Below are positions 13,971 to 28,300 of a stretch of DNA of 64,000 nt, piece by piece; within the stretch, counting starts at the first letter, position 1, and the number at the start of each line of letters is the position of its first letter. Position numbers and translations under genes: made by a program. Origin of the DNA: Macrostomum lignano (taxonomy: Eukaryota); assembly GCA_002269645.1 (NCBI GenBank), contig NIVC01000282.1:186001-250000 (forward strand), given 5' to 3'. Under the pieces are notes generated by a model that was not told the DNA's origin, did not search any database, and saw only the letters and a list, made by a program, of their open reading frames with translations.

Positions 13971-16342
13971 CTGAGAATGACCAGGAGTTAAAATTTGCCC
14001 ATTATTAAAGCTTGATAAGAAAAATCTGACATTTTTGCAACAGGATGTTCATAGTTACCTGGTGTAATCTGTTGAAGGTGCCGACGGCGTCGAGGTGATG
14101 ACGGAATGCTTGAGAGACTGGCTGAGGATTTTCAGCAGTTGAGGCTTGCCCACTGTCGAGGCTTGATCAGCGAAACTAAAGAAATTCTTATCAAGGTGTT
14201 TATAGTCACCTGGTGCCACATGTTGAAGGTCCAGAAGCTCCGTCTCGGGGAAGGCCAGTGACTAACGACGTCAGAGTTGATACAGACACATGTGGTCGAG
14301 TGTGCTGATGAAATTTGGAGGCTTGGCAAGACTGCACTGAGGCGCAGTGCTGATTGGCGCACAGGATGTATTGAATACATGTACGTACATTAGCGCTTAT
14401 GGGAAAAATCCGACCTTCTGGCAGAATCGTCGAATATCTCGACGGTCCGGAGGGCTGGCGACTTGATTCTTGTTTGCGAAGGTGTACGCGACAAAAAATT
14501 AGCCCGTGTTAAAGCAGTTGTGGTGCGTGGTTGTGGAAGAAATATAATCCTTAGCGGGGCGTTTTGTGAATTTAATAAATGCTTGAAGGGACAAGGGCTT
14601 ACATGTACGATCATGTACTGTATAGGAGTAGAAAACTTTGAATTCGAATTTAAATTCGAAGTTGAACCTTACTTTTCAATATGGGTTTTAAAGTTGACTG
14701 CACTAGCATGAAATGTATAAAAATTACAAATAATTTAACAGTTCTCTACCAACCCCAACCATACATATATGTCAAGGACAACTTTATAGAAGCATGCGTA
14801 CAGCTGATATACTGCTAGTGCGGTCCTTGATGGTACCATGACACACTAAAACAGAGTTTTAGATGGATCGAGCTATGGCAATGCCAACTCAGTGTTTGTG
14901 AAGCGTGCAATTGCCCCTTGTCCCTGGGGGTTCTGCTGCCGCTTTGTACATGGTGTGTACATAATGTACATGCATACATAAAGGAGTCACATTTGGAGGT
15001 TGGTTCTTTTGCAATTTTTTTAAATGCCAAAAATCATCCAGACAGCAACTACTGTACGGTATACATACGGTATTTAAGTAGCTACAGCTAGTTCGGCAAA
15101 TCATGCATGTATAGCATATTTTATTCAAGGACGACTAAAGTAATATATATTACTTTATATATATTAAAGTAATATATCCTTGATTACATTACTATGTACT
15201 GTTACTATGGGGGTTCAGTACCCGCATACATATCAAATCATACATATCAAAAATGTAATGATACATTTTTAGACTACTTAGATACATTTTAGATAGTAAT
15301 GTACTTACGATGTATGATTACATTACATTGATTACATTACATAAAGTCCTTGATTACATTACAATAGAATTTTTTACTTCCGTGAGTTAACATGTTTCAA
15401 TATACTCGTACATGTACAATCTGCCGACGTACATCTATGTATGTACATCCAAGGACCACTAGGAACACTTCGATTTTAAATTTGAATTTCAAGTCTAGTA
15501 GTCCTTGTGTACATCATGATTAATTGAAAACAAAGCTTGATAAAAAAACAGTTAAAAAGTTGAATAAAAAACGTGCTAGCGAATGCCATTGAGGGTATAA
15601 AAAACGGAGCTTATAATCATAAGCTTAAATGATCAATTTTTCTCTTGCTACGATTTGTTACCAGCTGTCCTTCTCTACGATGAATACGTAAAACTTTAGA
15701 GTTTATAAAAATATAACAAAAAACCAAGGAGAAGAATTTTTTATGCAGAAATATTGTTATTTGACAGTAAACGATTAAAATAAACAGATTTTAAATTTGA
15801 GACATGAAAAATTGTTAAACAACCGCCTTTTTCCGGACGCCAGTAATATTTTTAACATTCAGTAGTGGTAAAACATTTTCTATTTATCGGTATCGGTATC
15901 TGTGCGTATGTATGTCTTACTATTGCTGTCGTGTCAATGACCATTGCAATGAATATCAGTGTCTAAAAACAGTAGTAAGCAATGGCTTCTAAATCAAATA
16001 TTTAAGCCTAACACAAATTGCAGAAAATTTGTTTATATTGATCTTTAGTGCTTGCCATTGTTGAATATATGAGAATGTTTAAACACAAAAGTTGAAGACA
16101 GAGACAGGGAAGACTCCCATAGGCCATACCTCTAGCCTGAGTGATATTAAGTAAAGCAGCAGGTTTTAACTTGTGATATAGTATACAGCCACGCAGATTA
16201 CACGCTTTTCAAGTATGGCTTTGACTGGGGCTTAACTTGTAACTGTAAGCTACTCTGCCTACTTTAAGAAAATCATATTCCTTTTTGAATTTTCCTTCCA
16301 TATTAGCCATTAGTATTGGTCCATTTAGCAGATCACATAACT

Positions 16343-19300
16343 ATGTCTGACATAAATACAGCAAGGAGTTCATTTGACCATGCAGGCTTTGAAAAGTTTA
16401 TGAATGCAGTAAGTACAGCTTTTTAAATACCTTTGGGCCTTTGGCTTTGTATTTGTAATAATTTAATTTAATAATTTAATTTGTAATAATTTGTAATTAT
16501 TGTCTATGACTATGCTATAAATGAATCTTGTGATAATCGTAATATTTATTTATTTTAGGCACTATTTGAAATAAAAAAAATTTTTGGCTTTGCAATAGTT
16601 TTAATTCATATTTATTTCCTTGAACTTTAAAGCTTCTTTAAGCTATTTCCATTTGCATTGAAACTTGAAAGTAAAAACATTCATCCTAATTTCACCCTAT
16701 TTAGCCATGCCATGTGCAGGGGGGCCATAGCCCAGCAGTAGCGCAGCTGCTTTGGTGTGCCAGCGACCCAGGCTCGATTCTAAGTGCAGTCACATTAATT
16801 TGGGGCTGAATTGGAATCTTGGCTTGGCTCTGCTTGTGCAATTAATGGCCTTGAGAGCCAATCCCCCAAGGCGCAGTGAAGTGTAGCCTACATGCCTAAC
16901 AATAATATAAAGTTAGGGCTGCTGTATACTCCTGTGTGAGTGTGTACCTGCGTACGTATCTGCGCGCTTGTATGCCTGCTCAGGGGAGTTGGCGGAATGG
17001 GCAGTAATGCCTCTCGCCGGTTGTGTGCCAATGTCGCTTAAAGTGTGCCAGGGTGCACACAACCCCCCTGTCTCTAATAAAAAAATACCATGTGCACATG
17101 TAATTGTAAATTTCCACCTCTTTAAGTTTTTTAGTCCCAAACCTAGGGACCCTTTCACAAAAGCTTTTAATATGCACTATAAAACTTGTAATATTTATTC
17201 ATTTCTATTGGTTTACTAACATAAATTATTTATAAAATCAATAGTGCCAATGGTATTTGAGGTCTTTTAAGCCTTAGTTATTGAGTAGCAAATATTACTA
17301 GATAAAGGAACTAGATATAAGAATTAAGCATTCCTCTAAATATATTTGTACCAATTATGTTCTATCTGAAAACCTCAATAGAGGCCTATCTATAACTTCT
17401 TAGGCCATTGTTATACTACTACCTATAGCTTTACTGGCATTCTAGCTGATTTAACTAAATATAATAGGCATGCCTGAGTGCAACCTAGGGATTCACCTGT
17501 TGGTTAAATTGCTATCCAACCACTGACACATGCAAGTTGCTATTGGATAGAATAATAATAATCACATGAGTGCCATTAGCCAATAACTACTTATATGTGT
17601 ATGTTACCAATAGAAATGGCTAGGTGATTCCAAAGGTTTGATAATAGGTCTATTTGACTAATTTGAAAAATAGAATAAGAGGTAAATACTTTTAGGTTAT
17701 AATTTTGATTTTTTAAATAATATTTTCTAAAACTTTATAATGTATATTATTATGCAAATGAAAAAAATGCCTAACATTTTCATTGCAAAACAAGGAATAT
17801 ATAGCAATTGGCTTTTAGGCTATACAAAATTTCCATATGTCTATATCATACCTTTGAAATTTTCCTATAGTCTTATCATATATGCCTTTGTCCAATATGT
17901 TATCTATTAGTATATATTATCAATTATGTACTGTTTCTATAATATATGTGTATATGTGTTTTGTTTTATTTGGTGTATATTTTATGTTGTGCAATAAAAT
18001 GTATAGTGCACAATATAATAACATAATAATGCAATTAAAAGGTTCATTAATTTTCATAGAAAAAAATCTATATTGGGATTTTTAATGGTAAAAGCAAAAC
18101 TATTTTATAAGAAAGAGCCATGTGCATGCATTTAAGTATTTCATTTTTTAAAATTTTATTTTTTTGCTTTTGAAGCAAAATTAAGAAAAACCAGTTGCAA
18201 CCCAATTTTCAAAATGATTTTTGCTTTAATTGACTATTGAACAATATTTAGTTTGACCAAATCTGTTATTTACTAGCAATTAGCTTATTGAATGAGTCAT
18301 CAACTGACACAATAACATATGTGTCTCTGAATGCCTCAATCATAAAACCCTGGGTATTAGTAACCCCCATTGAAAACGTTACTGTGACAAGAATCGTTAA
18401 AGAGTCATTGAAAACAACTTAGTAGTGACTCTAGCGACTGTTGAGTCCACAGGCGCATCACGTGAGTTGTAGAATCGTTAAAGAGTAATTGAAAACAACT
18501 TAGTAGTGACTCTAGCGACTGTTGAGTCCACAGGCGCATCACGTGAGTTGTAGAATCGTTAAAGAGTCATTGAAAACAACTTAGTAGTGACTCTAGCGAC
18601 TGTTGAGTCCACAGGCGCATCACGTGAGTTGTAGAATCGTTAAAGAGTCATTGAAAACAACTTAGTAGTGACTCTAGCGACTGTTGAGTCCACAGGCGCA
18701 TCACGTGAGTTGTAGAATCGTTAAAGAGTCATTGAAAACAACTTACTAGTGACTCTAGCGACTGTTGAGTCCACAAGCGCATCACATGAGTTGTAGAATC
18801 GTTAAAGAGTCATTGAAAACAACTTACTAGTGACTCTAGCGACTGTTGAGTCCACAAGCGCATCACGTGAGTTGTAGAATCGTTAAAGAGTCATTGAAAA
18901 CAACTTACTAGTGACTCTAGCGACTGTTGAGTCCACAAGCGCATCACATGAGTTGTAGAATCGTTAAAGAGTCATTGAAAACAACTTAGTAGTGACTCTA
19001 GCGACTGTTGAGTCCACAAGCGCATCACGTGAGTTGTAGAATCGTTAAAGAGTCGCGAAAAGTTGTTATGTGGGTGCTAAATTTCTAGTAACTTAAGTAG
19101 ACTTAATAGAGTTTTCATAAATGCAAAATGCGATTCTAATTCATCAATTGAAGCCTATATTCATAAATCGACTCTAGCACGCCTCAGATACGACTCTACG
19201 GTCCCCAGAGTTATTACAAAAACGCCCCAGAGTGGTTTCAGAGTCGCAGACAATAAAACGCCTCAAACTGACTCGTAGGCGACTCTTTGACGATTTTTTA

Positions 19301-22300
19301 GGCGATTTTTACCGCGACATCTCGTTTTAGAATCGTCTAAAGTGATTTCTTTACTTCTTCCATCGGGTAAATCGAATGATAATAAAATCTGCTAAAATTC
19401 AAAACGAATCCTGAGCAGAGCTCCGACTCTCTGAGCGACCCGTCCTCGCCCCGAAAGAAGCCGGGCCGCCGCGTCCGAGCAGCCGGCGGTGGCTCCAAGA
19501 AGCGGGCCGCAGGCGGCAAGCGGGCCAAAGCTGAGGAGAAGCCGTGGTGGGACCAGGGCGGCGGCGGCGGCGGCGGCGGCGGCTTTGATGTCAACTCCAG
19601 CGGCGGCTCCTCCGAGGTGGCCCAATTGGGCACCGGTAAAAATTTTCTGCGACAGACTCGCGATCCGCCGCAGGTGAGACGGCCGGTGTGAATATTTGGT
19701 GTGTCAGCAGTTGGGGGGAGGGGCTTCTGCTCTTCGCTCATGTGATCCCGTGGAACTCCTGTCTACCCTGTGCTCTTATCCAATCCTGCCAAGCAATACG
19801 GTTCATTGCACTCAGCAACCCTTCATCTCAACTCCCACCAACCCTTGATCTCGACTCCCATCAACCCTTGATCTCGACTCCCATCAACCCTTGATCTCAA
19901 CTCCTATCGACCCTTCATCTCAACTCCCATCGACCCTTCATCTCAACTCCCATCAACCCTTCATCTCAACTCCCATCAACCCTTTATCTCAACTCCTATC
20001 GACCCTTCATCTCAGCTCCCATCAACCCTTCATCTCAACTCCTATCGACCCTTCATCTCAACTCCCATCAACCCTTGATCTCAACTTCTTTCACCCCGCA
20101 GGGCCGGGCCCCCCGCCTGGACGACACCCTGCAGCAGTCGGGCGTCGCCAGCATCGGCCGCGTGGAAGACAGCGACGATTTTGCATTAGAAGCCGAGGAG
20201 GACCCGCAGCAGAGATTGGGGCGCGCGCCAGCAGCGACTGACGACGACGAGCTTCGCCTGCAGCTCACCCGGAGCAGCCTCGGCGATTCGGAGACTCCGG
20301 CGGCTCCGCCGATGCGCGGCTACGCTGGCAACAGTCGAGACGCTGACGACCTGACCACGATGGACACGGAGTCGGCGGCGGCGGCCGACCCTTCGGCCGG
20401 TGGTCTGGCCGGCTTCAAAGGCAAGCCGTCAATGCTATCGAAGGTGTCTCTGCTGGAGTCGCTCGATTCGTCGTCTCAGCAGCTTCAGCAGCCGAGCGCG
20501 GCGCAGCAGCCGCAGGAACAGCACCATGGCGACACGCTGCACAGTCAGACCGACATCAGCGCCGTCCGCGACGCCTACAAGCGCCGGCTGGACACCCTGG
20601 AGGAGTCCACCGACCAGCGACACAGCAAGGCTACCACAGGATTTTTTGCCTCTGGTTTGAACAGCCTGCCGAGCGATCAGATCCCGGAGCCTGGGCAGCA
20701 GCAGCAACAGTCGGGGAATGTGGGGGGCGCCATGACGGCAACCGCGCCTTCGGCTACTCAGTCATTTGGAATGCAGGTGAGTAATCTGAAAGCTGCCAGA
20801 TTGAATACCAGGATTGCCAGGAAGTTCAAAATCAAATAAATTACCAGAATCTCTTCCCTACCTTTTACACCACTGAGCCTCGCTAATTCTTTAATATGAA
20901 TTAAAGAAAAACCTGCTTGAAAAAAGGGGTGCCGTGGCCCAGTGGTCTGGCGCAACGCTCTGATGTGCCAGCGGCCCAGGCTCGATTCCAAGTGCAGCCA
21001 CATTAATTTGGGGCTGAATTAGAAACTGGGCTTGGCTCTGCTCGTGCAGTTGACGCCCTTGAGAGAACCAACTCCCAAGGCACAGTGAAGTACACATGCC
21101 TAACGATAAATAAAGTCAGGGCCGCTGTACATTCCTGTGTGAGTGTGTGCCTGTGCGTATGACTGCGTACGTATCCGCGCGCTTGTGTGCCTGCTCAGGG
21201 GAGTCGGCGGAATGGGCAGCAATGCCTCTCGCCGGTTGTGTGCCTATGTCGCTTAAAGTGCGTCAGGGTGCACACAGCTCCCCCAGTGTTTTTAAATCTA
21301 AATTCAATATAGACAGTTGCTATGGCAACCAGTATAACCTTCGGTATCCAATGCCGCACAATTTGCCAGGTAATCCGTCCGGCGAACAAAACCGAGCAGA
21401 AGGAGATGAGCATCGACGATCTTCTGGCCGAGCACGACGAGGTGTTGACAGCTCGGCCAGACTCGCAGCGGCACCCCCAGCTCACCCCGTCGCCGCCTCC
21501 GTCTCCGCAGCAACAACAGCAGCAGCCGCAGTCGGCCCAGCGTCGACACAGACAAGCAGCATTTGACGAAACAAAGATTGTAGCCAATCCCAAGGTGGTT
21601 CGACCGCCGCGAGCCCCGGCTGCTGCTGCTTCTGCTGGGGATGCTCCAAAGAGGCCACAGAAGCAGCAACAAAAGCCGGCTGCTGGCAAGACAAAACAGC
21701 CGGCGGGGCCGCCGCCACAGGGTTTGAAATTTGGCCACGTGAAAAGCTCCGGTTACGGTAGGGGAGGCCAGGCCCAGCACCAGCGGCCTCAGTCTATGCC
21801 TGCTCAGGCTTCGCAACAGCAGCAACAACAGCAGCAGCAGCCGCAGAAGCAGAGACAGTCACAGCAAGTGCAGCAACAACAACAGCAGTACCTTCGCGAA
21901 GAACTTGACGAATGGCGGGATCTGCTGCGCGCCGAGAAGGCTCACCGAGTTAAGCTCGAGTCCGACCTGCGCTTGATGGAGCTGGAGAGAGCCAAAGAGG
22001 CTGAGGCCGCTCGCCGGAAGCACGAACAGGAGGTGCAGCAGCTGAGGCAGGAGATCTGCACCCTGGAAGCTCGGCTGGAGGTTGAGCCGCAGCAACAGCA
22101 GCAGCAACAGCAATCAGTGTGGCGACTAGTGAAGCAGCGACCTCTTGGCCCGGATGTCACCAGAGAGGAGGTGGACCAGCTGACCAATCAGATGCGCGAG
22201 CAGGAGGAGCTGCTGGCCGGCTATCAGAAGGAGAATGAGAGGCTCTACGCTGAGCTGAAGTCGGCGAAGGCCTCTGGCAAGGGGCTGGCAGATGCGCTCA

Positions 22301-25300
22301 GCGGTCAGAAGCTGCAGCTGGAGCAGGTGGGTGGCGGCTACTCTGAGACTGGGTGGCCCCTTTAAGTCACTAAGAATTTTAAGCCTCATTAGGACTATGA
22401 GAATCGCCTCATTAAGACTCTGAGAATCGCCTCATTAGGACTATGAGAATCGCCTCATTAAGACTCTGAGAATCGCCTCATTAGGACTCTGAGAATCGCC
22501 TCATTAGGACTCTGAGAATCGCCTCATTAAGACTCTGAGAATTGCCTCATTAAGACTCTGAGAATCGCCTCATTAAGACTCTGAGAATCGCCTCATTAAG
22601 ACTCTGAGAATCACCTTATTAAGACTCTAAGAATCGCCTCATTAAGACTCTGAGAATCGCCTCATTAAGACTCTGAGAATCGCCTCATTAAGACTCTGAG
22701 AATCACCTTATTAAGACTCTGAGAATCGCCTCATTAAGCCACTGAGAATTGCCCCATCAAGCCACTGAGAATTGCCCCATCAAGCCACTGAGAATTGCCC
22801 CATCAAGCCGCTGAGAATTGCCCCATCAAGCCACTGAGAATTGCCCCATCAAGCCACTGAGAATTGCCCCATCAAGCCACTGAGAATCGCCCCATCAAGC
22901 CACTGAGAATCGCCCCAAATTCTCACCAGGAGTTGCGCGAAGCCCGCGAGCAGCTGGAGCGCCAGGAGGTGCAGCTCCGCTCCCGCCTGCCGCAACAACC
23001 GGGACCCTCTGCCGGCCCGGTGTCCAACGCCGGCCCCCTGCTGCAGCAGCAGGAGCGCTGCGCCCAACTGGAAGCGGAACTTCGCGCCTGTCGCCGACGC
23101 CTTGATGAGGCGCTTGCCGAATCGTCCAGCTGCCAGCGCGACCGGCTGGAGCTGCAGCAGCAGCTGGACCGCCTCACTCGGGAACGGCTAGCCGCCGCCG
23201 ATCAGCTGACCGCGGCCAAGTCTGTGCGCGGAGTTGAGCTGGAAAAAATGCGGGAGCAGTACGAGACTGAGATTGACCGGCTGCAGAGAAAGGTGAGCTT
23301 GTGGCATTGAGATCTGATCTGATAACCCCTGATCCTGTCAGCTAGTGAGGCTGTCACCCTCCCTGATCCTGTCAGCTAGTGAGGCTGTCACCCTCCCTGA
23401 TCCTGTCAGCTAGTGAGGCTGTCACCCTCCCTGATCCTGTCAGCTAGTGAGGCTGTCACCCTCCCTGATCCTGTCAGCTAGTGAGGCTGTCACCCTCCCT
23501 GATCCTGTCAGCTAGTGAGGCTGTCACCCTCCCTGATCCTGTCAGCTAGTGAGGCTGTCACCCTCCCTGATCCTGTCAGCTAGTGAGGCTGTCACCCTCC
23601 CTGATCCTGTCAGCTAGTGAGGCTGTCACCCTCCCTGATCCTGTCAGCTAGTGAGGCTGTCACCCTCACTGATCCTGTCAGCTAGTGAGGCTGTCACCCT
23701 CACTGATCCTGTCAGCTAGTGATGCTGTCACCCTCCCTGATCCTGTCAGCTAGTGATGCTGTCACCCTCCCTGATCCTGTCAGCTAGTGCGGCTGTCACC
23801 CTCCCTGATACTGTCAGCTAGTGATGCTGTCACCCTCCCTGATCCTGCCAGCTAGTGAGGCTGTCACCCTCCCTGATCCCGTACGGTATATTATTATAGT
23901 TCAATAGGTGTATTTAACCCATGTCATTCAAAAAACCATAGATGACATGGTTTGTTGAGAACCAGCGCCTTGTGGACAAAGACCAAACAAAGCTCCGGGA
24001 GCAGAATGCGGCGATTGCTGAGCTGCGCGACCGTCTGGAAGCTTCTGAGAAGCAGCGGCTGGAGCTGCTCAACAGGCGTCGCAAACGCCAGGGCGGTAAA
24101 GCGGTTGACGGAGGCGACTTCGAAAACGATGATGGCGGCGGCTCTGCTGCCCGCATTAAAGACCTCGAGCGACAGGTGGGCATTTGTTTAGTAATGAGAC
24201 TGTTTCCGACTTCTTGTGCTTGAAGTAAAAAACATGATGGGGAACTGCTCAGGTGCCACATGATGGGGAACTGCTCAGATGCCACATGATGGGGAACTGC
24301 TCAGATGCCACATGATGGGGAAATTCTCAGATGCCACATGATAGGGAACTGCTCAGATGCCACATCATCCGGAACTGCTCAGATGCCACATGATGGGGAA
24401 CTTCTCAGATGCCAAGGCTCATGATGAGGAACTGCTCAGGTGCCAAGGCTCACGGGCCCATAAGTATACTAGCTACTGAAAGTAGGAGATGTGCTTTTTT
24501 TAAAAATAGCGACAGTGTTTTCTCACGGTAAAATAAATAAGGTCCGCGAGCTCGAGTCGATTCTAACGGCGACGCGTCGACGTGGTGACGCCGTCGCCGA
24601 CAGCCTCGCCGGCACAGTCGGGCCGACCAGCTCGAACGCCACCAGGGAGCACCTGGAGCGTCGCTGCCGCGAGCTGGAAGCCCGACTGTCCGAGCGCGAG
24701 TCCGCCGAGGCTCGATCGCTGCGCGCTCTGCGACAGCGCTACGAAGCGGCCAAGGAGGACTACGAGAGTCGCATTCAGGTGAGTGAGGCCTCAAACACCT
24801 CCAGAGAATCGCCTTCAATCCCTCCAAAGAATCGCCCTCCAACCCCTCCAAAGAATCGCTCTCCACCCCTCCAAAGAATCGCCCTCCACCCCTTCAGAGA
24901 ATCGCCCTCCAACCCCTCCAGAATCGCCCTCCAACCCTCCAGAATCGCCCTCCAACCCCTTCAGAATCGCCCTCCAATCCTTCCAGAGAATCGCCCCCCA
25001 ACCCCTCCAGAATCGCCCTCCAATCCCTCCAGAATCGCCCTCCAATCCTTCCAGAGAATCGCCCCCCAACCCCTCCAGAATCGCCCCCCAACCCCTCCAG
25101 AATCGCCCTCCAATCCCTCCAGAATCGCCCTCCAATCCCTCCAGAATCGCCCCCAACCCCTCCAGAATCGCCCTCCAATCCCTCCAGAATCGCCCTCCAA
25201 TCCCTAGCTCCAGAATCGCCCTCCAACCCCTCCAGAATCGCCCTCCAACCCCTCCAGAATCGCCCTCCAATCCCTCCAGAATCGCCCCCCAACCCCTCCA

Positions 25301-28300
25301 GAATCGCCCTCCAATCCCTCCAGAATCGCCCCCAACCCCTCCAGAATCGCCCTCCAACCCCTCCAGAATCGCCCTCCAACCCAAGCTTCCCAAGCCTACA
25401 ACCCAGCCGCCTCTGCCCAACCCAGGTGCTGGAATCCGACCTCAAGCGTTTCAAAGACGCTCAGGGCCGCCCGCACGGGTCGCTGACTTCGCTACAACGC
25501 GAACTGGAAGCCCTGCGGGTCCGGCATCGCGAGAAGATGCTGGAAAAAGATCGCGAAATCGAGCGAGTCCGAGCGGAGGCCGCCAGCGAGGCGGCGCAGA
25601 CGCAGAACGAGCGTCGTGCGCTCGCCAGAGCCGAGGCGCTGCAGCGCGAGCTTCGCGAGAAACAGGCGGAGCTGGACCGGGCCAGGCGGGAGCGGGAGGC
25701 CGACAAGAACAGGGAGAAACAGGTGGGCTGCTGGACTGACTGATTAAATTTGACTGGGTTTAGACAGCTTGTCACTTTTATCTTTTTGTTACTAATGTCG
25801 CTTGTCACACCTGTTAAACATGAGTGTCACCTATGCAACGTGAATGTCACACCTGTTAAACACTAACTTCACACCTGTTAGACATGAATATTACACCTGT
25901 TAGACACTAATGTCACACCAGTTAGACATGAATATTACACCTGTTAGACACTAATGTCACACCTGTTAGACATGAGTATCACACCTGTTAGACAACAAGA
26001 GTGTCACACCTGTTAGACACTAATGTCACATCTGTTAGACATGAGTGTCACACCTGTTAGACAAGTGTCACGCCTGTTAGACAAGTGTCACACCTGTTAG
26101 ACATGAGTGCCACACCTGTTAGACAAGTGTCACACCTGTTAGACATGAGTGTCACACCTGTTAGACAAGTGTCACACCTGTTAGACATGAGTGTTACCTC
26201 TTAGACAGCATTATATCAGATTCATTTACGTATACCCGACGCGCTCTCCCCCACTCCAGGCCTACTCCGCCAAGCTGCAGACGGCCGTTGAAAAGCATCA
26301 GCGCCAAACGGACGGCCTGCGCCAACAGTTGGTTGCCATGGAGACCAGCTTGGCGTCGGCCAGAGCCGAGCTGGCCACGGAGCGCAACCTGGTGGTTGAA
26401 TCCCGGCGCCGGGCGGACGCCAAACTGGCTGAAGTGGCGGCCGCGCACAAGCGCGAACTGGACCGGCTGGTGGCCGAGCACGCCAAGACTTTTGCTGAGT
26501 CTCGCGTTGCCGAACTGCAGGTGAGGGTTGAGGCTTTCTTGGAATATCAGATGCGAAAGGGTTTGGAGTATTCCTTAGGGGTATGAGGCAGTCCCGAGCG
26601 ATTCATAGCAGCCCTGAAGAATATGCAGTTGTTCTGAAGGATTTGCAATTGTCCTGAAGAATTTTCAGTTGTCCTGAAGGATTTTCATTTGTCATGAAGG
26701 ATTTTCAGTTGTCCTGAAGGATTTTCAGTTGTCCTGAAGGATTTTCAGTTGTCCTGAAGGATTTGCAATTGTCCTGAAGGATTTGCAATTGTCCCGACGG
26801 ATTTTCAGTTGTCCTGAAGGATTTGCAATTGTCCTGAAGGATTTTCAGTTGTCCTGAAGGATTTGCAATTGTCCTGAAGGATTTTCAATTGTCCTAAAGG
26901 ATTTTCAGTTGTCCTGAAGGATTTGCAATTGTCCTGAAGGATTTTCAGTTGTCCTGAAGGATTTTCAGTTGTCCTGAAAGATTTTCAGTTGTCCTGAAGG
27001 ATTTGCAATTGTCCTGAAGGATTTTCAGTTGTCCTGAAGGATTTGCAATTGTCCTGAAGGATTTTCAGTTGTCCTGAAGGATTTGCGATTGTCCTGAAGG
27101 ATTTTCAGTTGTCCTGAAGGATTTGCAATTGTCCTGAAGGATTTGTAAACAAACTAAAGATTTGTAGTTGTCCTGAGAGATTTTTAGTTTTCCTGATGGA
27201 TTTGTAGCTGTCCTGAAGGATTTTCAGTTGCCCTAAAAGATTTGCTAAGCAATCTTACTCTAAAGATTATTGGGAAAAAGATAACTCTTAATTTGTAAGC
27301 ACCAACACCTGAACTGGCACCTTTGTATTAACATTATTAGCAGGTAAAAAATCTGTCTTCTTATACCGATGGTTATTGCTTTTTTGATTTCGTGGGCATC
27401 CAAAAAGCCTTTTTTGACATCTCCCCTAAAAATTATCATGTCATGAATCGATTATATAAAAAATTAGTGATGAAAAACAATTGAAGTTAGGCGACATCAA
27501 AATCTTTTTTTTCATCAAAAATCCTCAAATGTATGGATAATCTTCAGAACTAGTCTTTAAAAAGTCGGAATTATTCGGTCCTCAGCGATAGCCGCCGCAG
27601 TCACCACCGCCAAGCTTGCAAGATTCCTTGGACCCGTCGGGGTTTCTGCACTTGAAATGGGAGCTGTTGCAGCTCACAACCGAGCCGCCGCAGGTCCAGA
27701 AGCCCTTGTACTTGCAGCGGCAGGCCTTGAACGGCGGAGCGGGAGAGGAGATGGTGCAGCCGCCCCAGTGATAGTCGCAGTCGCAGTTGTTCGGCGAGCT
27801 CACGTCCGTCCTAGCGGTCGGGATGGCGTCTCCAGGCTTGGCGAGTCGCAGTCCGAGGTTTCCCGCCAGCTTCTTGAGCAGTCCAGGCCGGTTGGTGATG
27901 ATGCCGTTCACTCCCAGGTTGATGTAGGACTTCATGGAGGACTCTTTGTCCAGCGTCCAGATGTAGGTCAGGCCGATCTCGCCGTTGCGAACGCCGGCCA
28001 CGGCCTGCCTGATGCCGCTGTAGTAGGTGCCGGGCAGGCAGGCGCTGATTCCGGTGCCGAATGCGCGCTTCCGGGTGAATCTGGACAGCATGGCAGCTAC
28101 GGAGCTGTACTTATCGTCCTCCTGGTCGAATGCGAAGTAGTAGCGGTCTTTGTTGCTGAATCCGCTGGCGGTCTTTGCCGCGGCGTAGACATACTCGAAG
28201 CAGTTGATCTTGCCGGCCGAGATGACGACGTTGCCGCGGTAGCCGTTACCGAAGAGCTCTCGCTCCACCAACCTAGCAAGGTTGGCGCCAGCAGTGGCGA

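Noticed and set aside
20926-21000. Functional tRNA gene
   Set aside because: A and B boxes are present but there is no clean cloverleaf, and it continues into a shared 350-bp body, as expected for a SINE.
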